A model generated the notes under the pieces. The model did not search any database. It had not been told where the DNA came from and was given only the letters and a program-made list of their open reading frames with translations. A program made the position numbers and the translations under genes. This document shows, piece by piece, positions 18,960 to 29,700 of a stretch of DNA of 64,000 nt; positions within the stretch are counted from its first letter, which is position 1, and each line of letters opens with the position of its first letter. This DNA is from Gammaproteobacteria bacterium (lineage in GTDB: Bacteria; Pseudomonadota; Gammaproteobacteria; JAJPIJ01), in NCBI GenBank assembly GCA_022072255.1, contig JAJVHZ010000027.1, forward strand, positions 18,660-82,659, given 5' to 3'.

Positions 18960-19742
18960 GCAAGCACACAGAGATCATCCACGACCTCATCTACTACCAC
19001 TCGAGGATCAATCGCCTGCTTGGTGACCGTCCACTTACCAGAATCACCACAAGTCAGCGTCAGTAGGTTCTCGACCAACCGTACAAGGCAGGCCACTTCC
19101 TCCAACATGCTCCCGATGACATCCCGGTAGGCGATGGAATCGAGGTTGTCGCGCAGGGCGACTTCGCCAACGCTCCGTATCGCTGTAAGGGGCGTACGTA
19201 GCTCATGGGAAGCATCGGAGGTAAACCGGCGCTGCCGTTCGAAGGCATCCTCCAATCGGGATAGTGCTTCGTTGAAACTGGTAGCCAGGAGTCCCAGTTC
19301 ATCACCCGGGTTTCCAACGGGCAGCCGTTGGCATAGTGACTCAGCGGTGATCTTTCTGGCCCGCTCCGCCATAACGCCCACAGGCGCAAGCAGGCGGCCC
19401 GTCAGGAAGTGGCCACCCGCCCAACCCGCCGAACAATACATTGACCCCAAGCATGGTGAATTGGTTTGCGTTCTCCATGGGGTCGTCCGGCCAGGAAACC
19501 CGGATGTCGACAAAGTAAAGAACGGAAATCCCAAGGGCTGCAGCCACGTTTCCCCTGATCCCAAACCAAAGTACCGAGCCCAGAATGATGAGCAGACAAA
19601 GCGTTCGAAGGAAGATGTGGACGAGATGCTGCTGATGATTCTCGGTTCCTGTCGCGAAGTGGAGCCCTGTCACCACCAAGCCGCCTCCGACCAAGAGGAT
19701 TGCCTGTAACATGCGATTTGAAGCTGTCGCTGTGGTCATCAA
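18960..19742 (-). pseudogene. disrupted membrane sensor histidine kinase (TM region, frameshift, HAMP-HisKA; no ATPase domain)
   Basis: HAMP (DELGLLATSFN) and H-box (FTSDASHELRTPL) lie in a different frame from the TM N-terminus (shift near 19410); reading runs into the IS end after DDLCVLA. Confidence 0.8.
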
Positions 19743-21259
19743 CTTGCTTCCGACTGTTGAACCCGAGCTAACCGATGAATCTGCAGGGTCTGGGGTGAGG
19801 CCCCTCTCAGGCGATCTTCCGGTGAGGGAATCCAGGACGGACCTATAGATTGGAGCTCGATCTCCACGGGGGCTCCTCGAAGCCTTTCCGGGACTGGGAA
19901 CGAGTAGACCAGATCCTTTCCACTGATCAAAACGGGTGGGCTGACGGGCACCCCTTCGATAACGGCCGACAGGAACTGTGGGGTTTCTGGAGAACTAAAC
20001 AGCGGCGAAACCTCGATCTCAATGATATTTCCGAGTCCGCCCAAACGAAAGAGAGATGTCCGGGCCATCTTGCCCTCCACATCAATCCCCCCGAGCACGC
20101 CTATGATCCCTTCTGCACGCACGATATCAATCCGCGCAGGTGCTTCAAGGCTCCTTTGTTCAAGCCGGCGTACCTCTGCAGGATCCATTAGCTCCACATA
20201 TTGGTTGTAGTGGATGGGTGTTTGGAAGAAGCGGGGAGCAAGGAGGCTTTCGGTCGCGAGGAAAGCAAGCAGCCGGTCCGCCATAAGGCTATGTCCAAGC
20301 GGATTACAGTGAGGATCATATCCCAAGGAATGAGTTCGTGTGTAGGAAGGGTAATCGAAGATGGGAAGAGTCGTGGCGTGTGGCAGTCCCCGTTCTAGGC
20401 ACAGCTTGTGAAGACGGGCAACCACTGGCTCAGCGCTTCCACGAAGCCCAAAGGAGTATACGAGCAGAGGGGTCTGACCTTGAGCACATAGGGTTTTCAT
20501 GCGATCCAGCTCCGTCGCAAATCCTCTCCATCGATGCAGCGTCTCGGGATGATCTCCCACAAGAAGCGGTGGAGGTAATGCGCAAATGTCCTCAAATTGA
20601 TTGTCAAACACTCCCTGCAGTCGTGTGAGAATCCCTGATGACTGCACACTGTTCCTTCGCAGCATCCACAGGCCCGGGAAGTCATCCATCACAAAAGCTG
20701 AATCCTCAGACCTGCTTGGATCAAGCGCCATTAGCAAGCCTCCGGGACCCACTGAAAGGGAATCATCCAGGTCGTTTTCCACAAAGGTGTACACGACTAC
20801 ATCGGGCCTGAGATGGCTGAGATAAGTCTCCAACAAACCCCGTATATTGCGAGTGTTATAAGCGCTAACTCCCGCATTGATCACATCGACAACAACGCCA
20901 GGTGCGGCATTGGCCTGCAAGTGTGCCTCGAGGACATTGGGGAAAGTCTGGTCATTTGCCACCCCAGTGCCAAAGGTGATTGAATCCCCAAGGCAGAGGA
21001 TACGGAATACGGAAGGCGACTTTTCAAAGATTGGGCGGTCACGAAAACCAAGTTCATTGGTCCGGAACGGGACTCCCAGTGTGATGAAGTCGCTGTTAGG
21101 ACGAATAATATAACACATGTCCGGATTGGGCGCCGGAGCGCACAGCCAGCGGTTATCTCTGGTTGATGTTTGTCCAATGGCTTCAGACTGTACAACTACG
21201 ACCAGTGCCACAATCAGCAAGTTGAGCGTGATCGAATTTCGCGTTTTATACCGTTTCAT
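19739..21259 (-). CDS. exported SGNH/GDSL-type hydrolase
   Basis: Signal peptide; TNELGFRD, LCLGDSITFG (block I), INAGVSAYN, ENDLDD, DPHCNPLGH (DxH). Confidence 0.85.
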   Translation of the reverse strand: MKRYKTRNSITLNLLIVALVVVVQSEAIGQTSTRDNRWLCAPAPNPDMCYIIRPNSDFITLGVPFRTNELGFRDRPIFEKSPSVFRILCLGDSITFGTGVANDQTFPNVLEAHLQANAAPGVVVDVINAGVSAYNTRNIRGLLETYLSHLRPDVVVYTFVENDLDDSLSVGPGGLLMALDPSRSEDSAFVMDDFPGLWMLRRNSVQSSGILTRLQGVFDNQFEDICALPPPLLVGDHPETLHRWRGFATELDRMKTLCAQGQTPLLVYSFGLRGSAEPVVARLHKLCLERGLPHATTLPIFDYPSYTRTHSLGYDPHCNPLGHSLMADRLLAFLATESLLAPRFFQTPIHYNQYVELMDPAEVRRLEQRSLEAPARIDIVRAEGIIGVLGGIDVEGKMARTSLFRLGGLGNIIEIEVSPLFSSPETPQFLSAVIEGVPVSPPVLISGKDLVYSFPVPERLRGAPVEIELQSIGPSWIPSPEDRLRGASPQTLQIHRLARVQQSEAS

Positions 21260-21337
21260 GGTGATGTCTCCTCGGTTCAGCTTCCCCGGCTGGGGCTGTC
21301 CTGGACGAATCCGCTTTTGATTCATCGATTCCCTCTT

Positions 21338-21511
21338 TTAGAATGGCTGGGGTGCATGCTTGAAATCGTAGTCCGACCCGTAGTCATTCGACGCGCTCAC
21401 CGCATAGGGGACCGTTCCTCTTCGAAATCCATTTGCCGACATACACCCAAAGAGGAACGCGCCCAGTGAGACGAGGATTAAGATCCTTACCGCGTGATTG
21501 CGTTGTTTCAT
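21338..21511 (-). CDS. 57-aa putative lipoprotein (copy 2; absent from ORF track)
   Basis: Manual translation MKQRNHAVRILILVSLGAFLFGCMSANGFRRGTVPYAVSASNDYGSDYDFKHAPQPF*; ATGA overlap with upstream gene. Confidence 0.65.
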   Translation of the reverse strand: MKQRNHAVRILILVSLGAFLFGCMSANGFRRGTVPYAVSASNDYGSDYDFKHAPQPF

Positions 21512-22167
21512 TGGAATCCTCCTGCCTGAGAAATGACGTAGAGGGACCGAACGGAGCCTTTGGTGGCTACTCCCTCCTGCTCTGCCGAGAGAAGAGACAT
21601 GGATAGTTTCCTGGGGGTATACAAACGGCTCACCTCTGAGCCCGCGTTATAGAGAACCTTAACCATGACTTCAAAAGCCGCTTCCGGCTTCCTGAGGACA
21701 TATGACCTAATGAGGTTCAGCCGGGTTTCCCACGATTCCTTGTTCAGGGCCCGGAGCACTCTTGGCAAAACATGGAGATCCATTCCCACGATGATTTCGA
21801 TGATCGCCGGGCGTACAACTGAATCAGACAGGAGTGATAGAATCCGCCTGATTGCCGGTTCCCCATATTTCGTCAGTGGATCGATGACAGAGACTTGGCG
21901 CCGTTCGACGCCGCTGAAAAGCTCCCCGACCATCCCTTCGATCCACGATTGGTAGCGGTGCTGTGCGAAGTAATGCGAGGAGAGCGTTACCTTCCACATA
22001 TCTCCGCTCCGGTACCAGATCAACATCAAGGATACCGATCTCTCAATCGGCATCGTGTCCAGCTCCTCGATCAGTTCCAGCGGATCAGCTGGAAACCAAT
22101 TCTCATCTTCAGTTGAAGCTTCGTAAGGCCTAGGAACTAAGCCCAAGCCGTTTTTCGTGCTTGTCAC
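21508..22167 (-). CDS. hypothetical helical protein, WYRSGD family (copy 2)
   Basis: GTG start with SD AAAGGAGG; WYRSGDMWKVTLSSHYFAQ..YQSWIEGM aligns with 7193-7852. Confidence 0.75.
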   Translation of the reverse strand: MTSTKNGLGLVPRPYEASTEDENWFPADPLELIEELDTMPIERSVSLMLIWYRSGDMWKVTLSSHYFAQHRYQSWIEGMVGELFSGVERRQVSVIDPLTKYGEPAIRRILSLLSDSVVRPAIIEIIVGMDLHVLPRVLRALNKESWETRLNLIRSYVLRKPEAAFEVMVKVLYNAGSEVSRLYTPRKLSMSLLSAEQEGVATKGSVRSLYVISQAGGFQ

Positions 22168-22382
22168 GGAATAACCTCCTTTGTTTTTCCCTGCTCCAAA
22201 CCGAGTCGGAACACCTTTCGTTCAACCGGCAGATGGCTTGGGAGCTGGCGTCTCCGCGTGGAGGCCTAATGCTCTTGCCAATATGGATTTCGACGATTGG
22301 TGCGAGCCCGTGCGATAAGTTATCTGACGCCACCTAGATTGCGGCAGAGACAGACTTCTCGAGCGGTTTCAACTGAGGAGGT

Positions 22383-22862
22383 TCAGCGAAGAATGGAGTG
22401 GTTGACTAAGAACCGTGGCGAATATGGAAAGATGAAACTACCCGAGGACTCATCGAACAGAGATGGGGTGGTACCCCTGGCCAGGAAATCCCCACAAAAC
22501 GTTGAGTAACCTGCCATCAAGGACTGCAGACGATTCGAAATCGTTTCGTTCTCTGACGCCTTTGGGGGTAGAGTGCCGTGATTGATTGGATTCTGTTCTC
22601 TTAGGCTGCAATTGCAGGCATTTGGCCCGAATGAAACACATGACCCCGAATCACAGCAGCCCATGCGTTCAGAGGAGGGCATCTGACAGCAGGTACGACC
22701 CGAGTGTTCGCAGCGAGAGCAGGTTGGAGCGCGCAAGGAATCGGGAGACTTATTGTGGGACTCGGCATCGGCCGTGGGGCAACAGCAGCAAATCGCGGGG
22801 ATCGGGCCGAGAAGCAGGACCAGACAAAGAAAGGAGACCACTATCCGATTCATCATTGGCAT
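22383..22862 (-). CDS. Cys-rich leader/upstream ORF (paralog 4)
   Basis: ICCCCP, CSRCE, CCQMPSSERMGCCDSGSC; ends FLVNHSILR; homolog of 6496-6975. Confidence 0.7.
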   Translation of the reverse strand: MPMMNRIVVSFLCLVLLLGPIPAICCCCPTADAESHNKSPDSLRAPTCSRCEHSGRTCCQMPSSERMGCCDSGSCVSFGPNACNCSLREQNPINHGTLPPKASENETISNRLQSLMAGYSTFCGDFLARGTTPSLFDESSGSFIFPYSPRFLVNHSILR

Positions 22863-23175
22863 ACGTAACTGTGGATGAATGTTGCCGGTTAATAACTGAT
22901 TCCCCACATCTTTCCTTTTCACCACCACCATCTCACAGGAAGGTTTCCACAAGCACGAAACGATTAGCCATGTTCGAAGTAACGATCGATCACAGGCTGT
23001 CGGGTACACGGACCCATATTGCTGTCAAGATTTTCGCGGAAGGCCTGTACCCTTTACGTGTCCTTGCCGAGAAGACCCGGCGGTGTTGTCAGATTCGTCC
23101 TCCCATCGAGAAACGGGACAGGAGGGTTGGGCCCATCCAACCAGATACTCCCTGATTAGGTCGAGTCTGATCTGT

Positions 23176-24666
23176 CTATTCGTGTTGTTCCGGCGTGGTC
23201 ACATCCACTTCGACCGGTTCATCTGTAAACGAAGACTGGCTGAGATCAGCAGGCTTTAGAATCGATTGGGAACCGTCATCTACCAACGACCTTCCAACGA
23301 GGGCTTCGACCTTGGCGAGAGCCTGAGCGTAGTCTGCGACCGATCGGTAGTAGCTTTCCTGGAACATGAGCAGCTCGCGTTGCGTGTCGACTAGTTCCAA
23401 GAAGCCCGATTCCGCGGAGCTGTAAGATGTTTCGGTAATCTGGACTGATTGGCGTGCCTTTGGAATCAGAATGTCTGTAAACAGGTGGATTTGCCGCTCT
23501 GCGTTGCGCAGCCGATAGAGCTCATTCTGGAGATCAACTGAAACCTTGTTCTTCATTTCCTCCCGCATACTTTGGACCTCTTGCACGGTGGCTTCCGCTT
23601 CTCTGACACCAGCAGCTAATCGCTTTCTGTATATGGGCAGGTTGATCTCCACCATGGCCATATACTCATCGCCCGGAGGTGCTTCCATTCGGTTGTTCCC
23701 GTTCTCCCAATTCAGGCCGAGTGAGAAATCTGGGAAGTATTGTTTTTGGGCAAGCGCAACCTGGTCCCGGCTCTTACCAAGGCGGGCGTCAAGTGCCTGG
23801 ATTTCCGGGTTGAGGCGGGAAGACATCGCAAGGACCTCCTCGGTATGCAGATCCAACTGCTTGACGTCCAGATCGGTAGGCGGCAAAATGGGCTCGCTGG
23901 TGGGACGGTTCATTGCAGCGTTCAATCGTGCCCGCACAGGGGCACGGGAATCCTCCAGGCTTCTCACATCGTTTTCAACCTTCCCCAACTCCACTTGGGC
24001 CTTGATCACATCCTGGTTACCACCGCGACCAACCCCATATCGCGCTGCAGCTACTCGCTCAAAACGCCGCAGGAGATCCAAGTTCTCACGGTTAATTCGA
24101 ACGGTCTCCTCGAGGTAGTAGTACTCATAGTAGGCGTCCTTCACATCTGCCCGCAGATCAAGGCGTTCTTTCTCAAATTCCTTACGCAAGGCTTCGGCCT
24201 CCGCTGACTCAATCCTGCCTCGCAACGCAAGTTTGCCAGGGTACGGTATCATCTGTGTGATCCTAATCTCCTCCGCAACCTCCATAGTCCTCTCGAGATA
24301 GTCCGTGAAGGTCAATCGTGGATCCTCAAGAGAAGTGACTTGGGGGATCTTCTGCAGGGCACTCTGCCATCTGTGATAGGCCGCCTTCAGCCCTGGGTTA
24401 TTCCTCTCCGCGAGAGCTAATAGCTCGGGAAGCAGGTTAGGAACCGGTGCTTTGGGAGGGCCAGGGGACCCCTCAGTGGGCATCACCACAGCGATAGAAT
24501 TGATGTCGGACTCCTGGAGTGAAAGCTGAGGAGCCGACTGGCAACGGACGGACAAATGCCAAGCGAAAAGGAGGGCCACCGACCCCACCCACGTAATCCA
24601 GCGCCGGTTCGATCCCAATCGAAAGCAAGTCTCACTAACCAAACACTTCGGGATTGGCAGTGCCAC
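23176..24666 (-). CDS. TolC/CusC-family outer membrane channel
   Basis: ERNNPGLKAA, SLEDPRLTF, QYFPDFSLG, INLPIY, FLELVDTQR; start codon uncertain. Confidence 0.85.
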   Translation of the reverse strand: MALPIPKCLVSETCFRLGSNRRWITWVGSVALLFAWHLSVRCQSAPQLSLQESDINSIAVVMPTEGSPGPPKAPVPNLLPELLALAERNNPGLKAAYHRWQSALQKIPQVTSLEDPRLTFTDYLERTMEVAEEIRITQMIPYPGKLALRGRIESAEAEALRKEFEKERLDLRADVKDAYYEYYYLEETVRINRENLDLLRRFERVAAARYGVGRGGNQDVIKAQVELGKVENDVRSLEDSRAPVRARLNAAMNRPTSEPILPPTDLDVKQLDLHTEEVLAMSSRLNPEIQALDARLGKSRDQVALAQKQYFPDFSLGLNWENGNNRMEAPPGDEYMAMVEINLPIYRKRLAAGVREAEATVQEVQSMREEMKNKVSVDLQNELYRLRNAERQIHLFTDILIPKARQSVQITETSYSSAESGFLELVDTQRELLMFQESYYRSVADYAQALAKVEALVGRSLVDDGSQSILKPADLSQSSFTDEPVEVDVTTPEQHE

Positions 24667-24917
24667 GATCGTAACCTCCCATATGGTCTTCGATGGTCAC
24701 GGATATCTCCATGCACCTTCTCCGCCTTTTGCATGAGACACGTATTGACAGAACTCGGACTAGACAGACCCACAGGCTGCCCATTGCGGCGTACGACCAT
24801 CCGCAATGAGATGGGAACAAACTATGTGAATATAGCCCCAGCCGAAGAAGGGGGGAAGGCGTAGTCGTCTCCCCTCCCCCCGGTATTGAGGCATTCGGAG
24901 AGTCCCCCCTCCTGTGA

Positions 24918-25523
24918 TTACTTACCTTTCATTTTCATAGAGTGGGACCCGGCTTTGGCTTCGTACTTGAACTCATCCGCCTTCGGCAGAAGTTTGGCCA
25001 TTTTCGCTTCAGGATCTTTCAGGAATTCTTTGGCACATTCCGGGCAGCAGAAGTGTACGATCATCCCGTTGTACTCGATCTTGGCGTTGGGATCGATCGG
25101 CTCGCCCGTGTTGGGGCATCTATCGTTCTTGAGATCCCTTGGCTCCATGGATTTGCCAGTCTTGGGATCGGTTCGGTAGAACTTCATGTAAGTCTCTTCC
25201 GCAGTCTTCTTAACCTTCTTCTCACAGCCCTGACAGCACAGGTAGATTCGCGCGTAAATCCCCTTCTCCTTGTTTTCATAAAGGAAGAAGGACTCCGGAT
25301 CAACTGGCTCTCCGGTCACCGGGCAGGCATGGTTACCGTAAAGATGTGTAAGCTTCTTTTCAGCCGTGGTCTTCTGGACAGGCGCGGTGTTGCTGCCTTG
25401 TGGCTTGGGCGCAGCGTGCTGGTGATTATGGTCATTACCAGCCAGTGAGAGAATGGCCATTCCGAACATGACCAGGACAGCTGTCGTCAGTGCTAGTATG
25501 GGTGTCGACTTGTATGCTTTCAT
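24918..25523 (-). CDS. exported Cys-rich double YHS-like protein (copy 2)
   Basis: Signal peptide, His-rich N-terminus; YGNHACPVTGE..YLCCQGC..KNDRCPNTGE..HFCCPEC. Confidence 0.72.
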   Translation of the reverse strand: MKAYKSTPILALTTAVLVMFGMAILSLAGNDHNHQHAAPKPQGSNTAPVQKTTAEKKLTHLYGNHACPVTGEPVDPESFFLYENKEKGIYARIYLCCQGCEKKVKKTAEETYMKFYRTDPKTGKSMEPRDLKNDRCPNTGEPIDPNAKIEYNGMIVHFCCPECAKEFLKDPEAKMAKLLPKADEFKYEAKAGSHSMKMKGK

Positions 25524-25766
25524 CAGAGATTAACTCCTCTTCTGGGTATCTGTTGCATGGATGAAATCCGAACTCCCGTCAAAGAAGCCATGCTTGCATG
25601 ACGGGGCTCTCGGATACGATGAGGGGACCTGGGATTGTGAGGACACCCGTCCGGCGGTTTCACCACGGACAGACGGCCAGACAGTCTACCAGCATCGAAT
25701 CGGTCACGTGGGATCGCAATTCGGATCCAGCTGGACAGGCCTCTCCCCTCATCGTAGCGGGGGGGG

Positions 25767-26219
25767 TCAACATCGGAAGGAGTGGTTTGAGAGATATGGC
25801 GGCGGAACAAGGAAACAGACCAGTTCCTGAGAAAAGTCTCCACGAGCTGTGTCATCCGAGGGGGATCCGACGGTCCGTCTCCAACGGCCTGATGGGATTA
25901 TCCCGCTCGGATGCTCAGGAAGCCTTTCCGAACCGGGGCGCGGTACTGCCGGTGGGGGTGTGGGACGTTCATTACAGCGGCAGTGGCCATAGGCACAGCC
26001 GCACTGTGATGGGTCACACCGGCTGCAGCAGTCACAACAGCCCTTGGATTTCCGGCAGCCCTCTCGAGGACCTTGGGCGTCTTCCACGCAGCAGGTGGAA
26101 CAGGCTGGTAACTTACATTCCGGTAAAGTGGAGTCACCTCCGCAACAGCTATAGCCCCACTGGGGACCAAGCCCTGTGACCACCAGAACGGAAAAGAGAA
26201 TCAGATACCTCTTCATCAT
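25767..26219 (-). CDS. Cys-rich leader/upstream ORF (paralog 5)
   Basis: Signal-like N-terminus; SCCGG, CSTCC, CCDCCSRC, CGC, CRC; ends PYLSNHSFRC; promoter TTGACG-17-TAACGT at 26260-26232. Confidence 0.68.
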   Translation of the reverse strand: MMKRYLILFSVLVVTGLGPQWGYSCCGGDSTLPECKLPACSTCCVEDAQGPREGCRKSKGCCDCCSRCDPSQCGCAYGHCRCNERPTPPPAVPRPGSERLPEHPSGIIPSGRWRRTVGSPSDDTARGDFSQELVCFLVPPPYLSNHSFRC

Positions 26220-26365
26220 AGTCCCTATTCAACGTTACCCATTGAGTGATGAGACGTCAACCATCGCGCCAGTACCGACAAGTGGAACCATACCTGTGGA
26301 GGAGAGTGAAGAGAAAAGATGGGCATTCCACCCGCCCTCGATGCCCTTCAGCCAACGGGTGCAAC

Positions 26366-26623
26366 TTAGCCATGACGGCCTCCTGAGCGCGGGCCAACAT
26401 TCCGATGCACGGTTTGCCCTTGGGAACCGCGATATCGGGACCCGTACCATGGGGAAGGATGGCTTCCATACATCGCCGAGAGACCGTAGCCTCCTCCCCC
26501 GTAGCCCCAACCACCACACGCTTGGGTGCTAGGAATCGGGTAAAGGGGGGTACCCATGGAGAGGGCCATCAACACCAGTAGGATTGGCCACCTTCTGAGA
26601 CTTCTGGACTTGTTTCCTATCAT
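26366..26623 (-). CDS. small exported Gly/Tyr-rich protein
   Basis: SD AAGGAG; signal peptide then CGGWGYGGGGYG; directly after cusA. Confidence 0.5.
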   Translation of the reverse strand: MIGNKSRSLRRWPILLVLMALSMGTPLYPIPSTQACGGWGYGGGGYGLSAMYGSHPSPWYGSRYRGSQGQTVHRNVGPRSGGRHG

Positions 26624-26703
26624 TGCTTTGTTCTCCTTTCTGCCAAATAAGGCCTTGCAGCGCAAGGCCAATGTGAGCATCTTTCAATATGATCCGAAAT
26701 CCT

Positions 26704-29700
26704 TCATGTTTGTGTTCCCGTTCGAGCAATATCCTTCATATCTGTCCGCAGGATCCGGAGCTTGTAGATGGCGGGGTAGACCAACAGCTCGAGGATGAAT
26801 GAAGTCGCTAAGCCGCCGATCATCGGTGCGGCGATCCGTTTCATCACATCCGCTCCCGCCGAATTAGACCACATGATGGGCAGCAAGCCCATGAACGCTG
26901 CGGCAACCGTCATCATCTTGGGACGGGCGCGTTTGACTGCTCCGTGAAGGATGGCAGCATCCAGCTCCTTGAGGTTCGTTAGGCGTCCTGCCTTCTTGGC
27001 CTCTTCATAAGAGAGGTCCAGGAACAAGAGCATGAAAACACCGGTCTCCGCATCCAAGCCCATCAAGGCGATCATGCCCACCCACGCAGCTATCGACACA
27101 TTGTAGTCGAGAAAGTAGAACAACCAGACGGCACCAATAACGGAGAAAGGTACGGCCAGCATGACAACCGTCGTCTTGAAGGCCGAACCTGTGTTCGCAA
27201 ACAGAAGGATGAAGATCAGCGCGAGAGTGATTGGGACCACCAGCTTAAGGCGCTCTCGCACACGCAACATGTTTTCGTACTGCCCGCTCCATTGCAGGAC
27301 ATAGCCGGGCTTCAAATCAAGTTTTTCTTGTACAACCCGCTTGGCTTCCTCCACATAACTTCCGATGTCGCGTCCCGTAATGTCAACGTAGACATACCCG
27401 GCCAGGAATCCGTTTTCGTCCCGGAGCATTGCAGGACCTTGCAACACCTTGATGTCAGCCAGCTGTGCCAAGGGAACCTGGGCGCCCACCGGTGTGGGGA
27501 CCAGGACACGCTGTAGATGGTCGATATCGTCGCGCAACTCCCGTGGATACCGGACGTTGACCGGGTAGCGTTCACGGCCTTCGATGGTTGTTGTGATGTT
27601 CTCGCCTCCGATGGCGCTGCTGATGATCATCTGGACCTGTTCGATGGTCAGTCCGTACCTCGCAAGTTGTTCGCGCCGAGGTTCGAAATCGACGAAGTAC
27701 CCTCCCGCCACACGTTCGGCAAAGACGCTACGCGTTCCAGGGATCTCACGTACAATGGATTCAAGCTCCTCTCCGATCCTCTCGATCTCAGTTAGGTCGG
27801 ACCCGAATATCTTGATCCCGATTGGTGTCCGCACACCAGTTGAAAGCATATCGATACGCGCTTTGATTGGCATGGTCCAGGCATTGGTGGTGCCAGGGAT
27901 CTTAAGGGCCTTGTCCATCTCCGTTACCAGTTCGTCCCATGAGATGTGTTCCGGCCAGATCCTCCGCAGGAAGGGTTTCAGCCACTCAGGAGCAGTCTTG
28001 GAATACCACTGATCCTTAGCTCGCCACTCGTCCTCCGGTTTGAGGATCACGGTGGTTTCCATCATGGAGAAGGGTGCCGGATCGGTGGAGGTATCCGCGC
28101 GTCCCGCCTTGCCGAAGACTCGTTCCACTTCGGGAAAGCCGCGAAGGACCTTGTCTTGTGTCTCCAGGAGTTCCCGTGCCTGGGTAACTGAAATACCTGG
28201 AAGAGTGGTGGGCATGTAAAGGATGCTCCCCTCATTGAGGGGTGGCATGAATTCCGAGCCGAGTTTGAAATACGCCGGAAGACTGGCGAGGACGAGTGCG
28301 ATGGCGAGAAAAATTACCGTTTTGGGGAACCGTAGGACGAGCTTGCAGGCGGGTTCGTAGAAAAAGAAGATTATGCGGCTGATTGGATGACGTTCCTCAG
28401 AGTAGTATTTTCCTACGAAGACGCGAGTCATCAGCCACGCCAACCAGCGCGGACGGAAGGCGAAAGGATCCATCCGGGTGAAGAGCATTCGCAAGGCGGG
28501 ATCAAGCGTGATGGCCAGAATTGCTGCAATCGCCATCGCCAAGTTTTTCGAGTAGGCCAATGGCTTGAAGAGGCGTCCCTCCTGGTCAACCAGAGCGAAG
28601 ATCGGGAGAAAGGCAACGGCGATCACGAGGAGCGAGAAGAAGACCGATGGACCGACCTCTTTGAGCGCCTCAAGCCGGACTTCATGAAAGTCGCCTTTTC
28701 TCCCCTCCGCCTGCCAATGATAGAGTTTGTTGTAGGCATTTTCGACCTCGACAATTGCGCCATCCACAAGGACTCCGATAGAAATGGCGATTCCCGCAAG
28801 CGACATGATGTTCACGGTCAAACCCATGTAGTAGAGAGGGATGAACGCCACCAAGACCGACACCGGGATCGTCACGATGGGCACGATGGCCGAAGGGATG
28901 TGAAAGAGGAAAAGGAGAATGACGAAGGAAACGATGATCATCTCGATGGTCAGCTCGTGCTTGAGCGTCTCCAGCGCCCGAGTGATGAGATCGGCACGAT
29001 CATACGTGGTAACAATCTCTACCCCCTTCGGGAGAGATGGCGCAAGATCCTTGATCTTTTCCTTGACCCGGTTAATCACATTGAGGGCATTCTCTCCATG
29101 GCGCATGATAACGATCCCGCCGACGGCGTCTCCATTCCCATCCAGGTCGGAGATTCCCCGCCGGATTTCGGGCCCCAGCTCAACACGAGCAATATCACCC
29201 AGGTGAACAGGAATGCCTCCTTCGCCGACTTTCACCACGATTTGCTCGAAGTCTGAAAGGGATTTCGCGTATCCCTTCCCACGAACCATGTACTCCCGTC
29301 CGCTCCACTCCAGGAGACGCCCTCCCACCTCGTTGTTGGAGCTGCGAATTGCGTTCACAACTTCATCCAGGGGAATCTGAAATGCAGCAAGGCGGTTGGG
29401 ATCAACCGTGACCTGGTACTGTTTGACAAACCCACCGATCGAGGCAACTTCAGCTACTCCGGGAACCGACTGGAGAGCGTAGCGCAGCGTCCAATCCTGG
29501 TAGGATCTCAGCTGATCAAGGGAATGCTCACCTGAGTGGTCCACGAGCGCATACTGGAAGACCCAACCGACACCCGTCGCATCAGGGCCAAGCTCAGTCT
29601 GGACCCCCTGAGGAAGACGCGACTGGATCTTGGACAGGTATTCGAGGACTCGGGAACGAGCCCAATACATGTCGGTTCCATCCTGAAAGATCACATAGAC

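Larger units (their letters stand above)
21215..23150. repeat. diverged inverted duplication of ~6260-8150
   Basis: Same gene order (Cys-rich ORF, WYRSGD, lipoprotein, MKRYK signal peptide) and recognisable intergenic homology; boundaries approximate. Confidence 0.8.

Noticed and set aside
21338-21511. Apparent frameshift in lipoprotein copy 2
   Set aside because: Recounting the C4 run at ~21407-21410 keeps the frame; the ORF is intact at 57 aa
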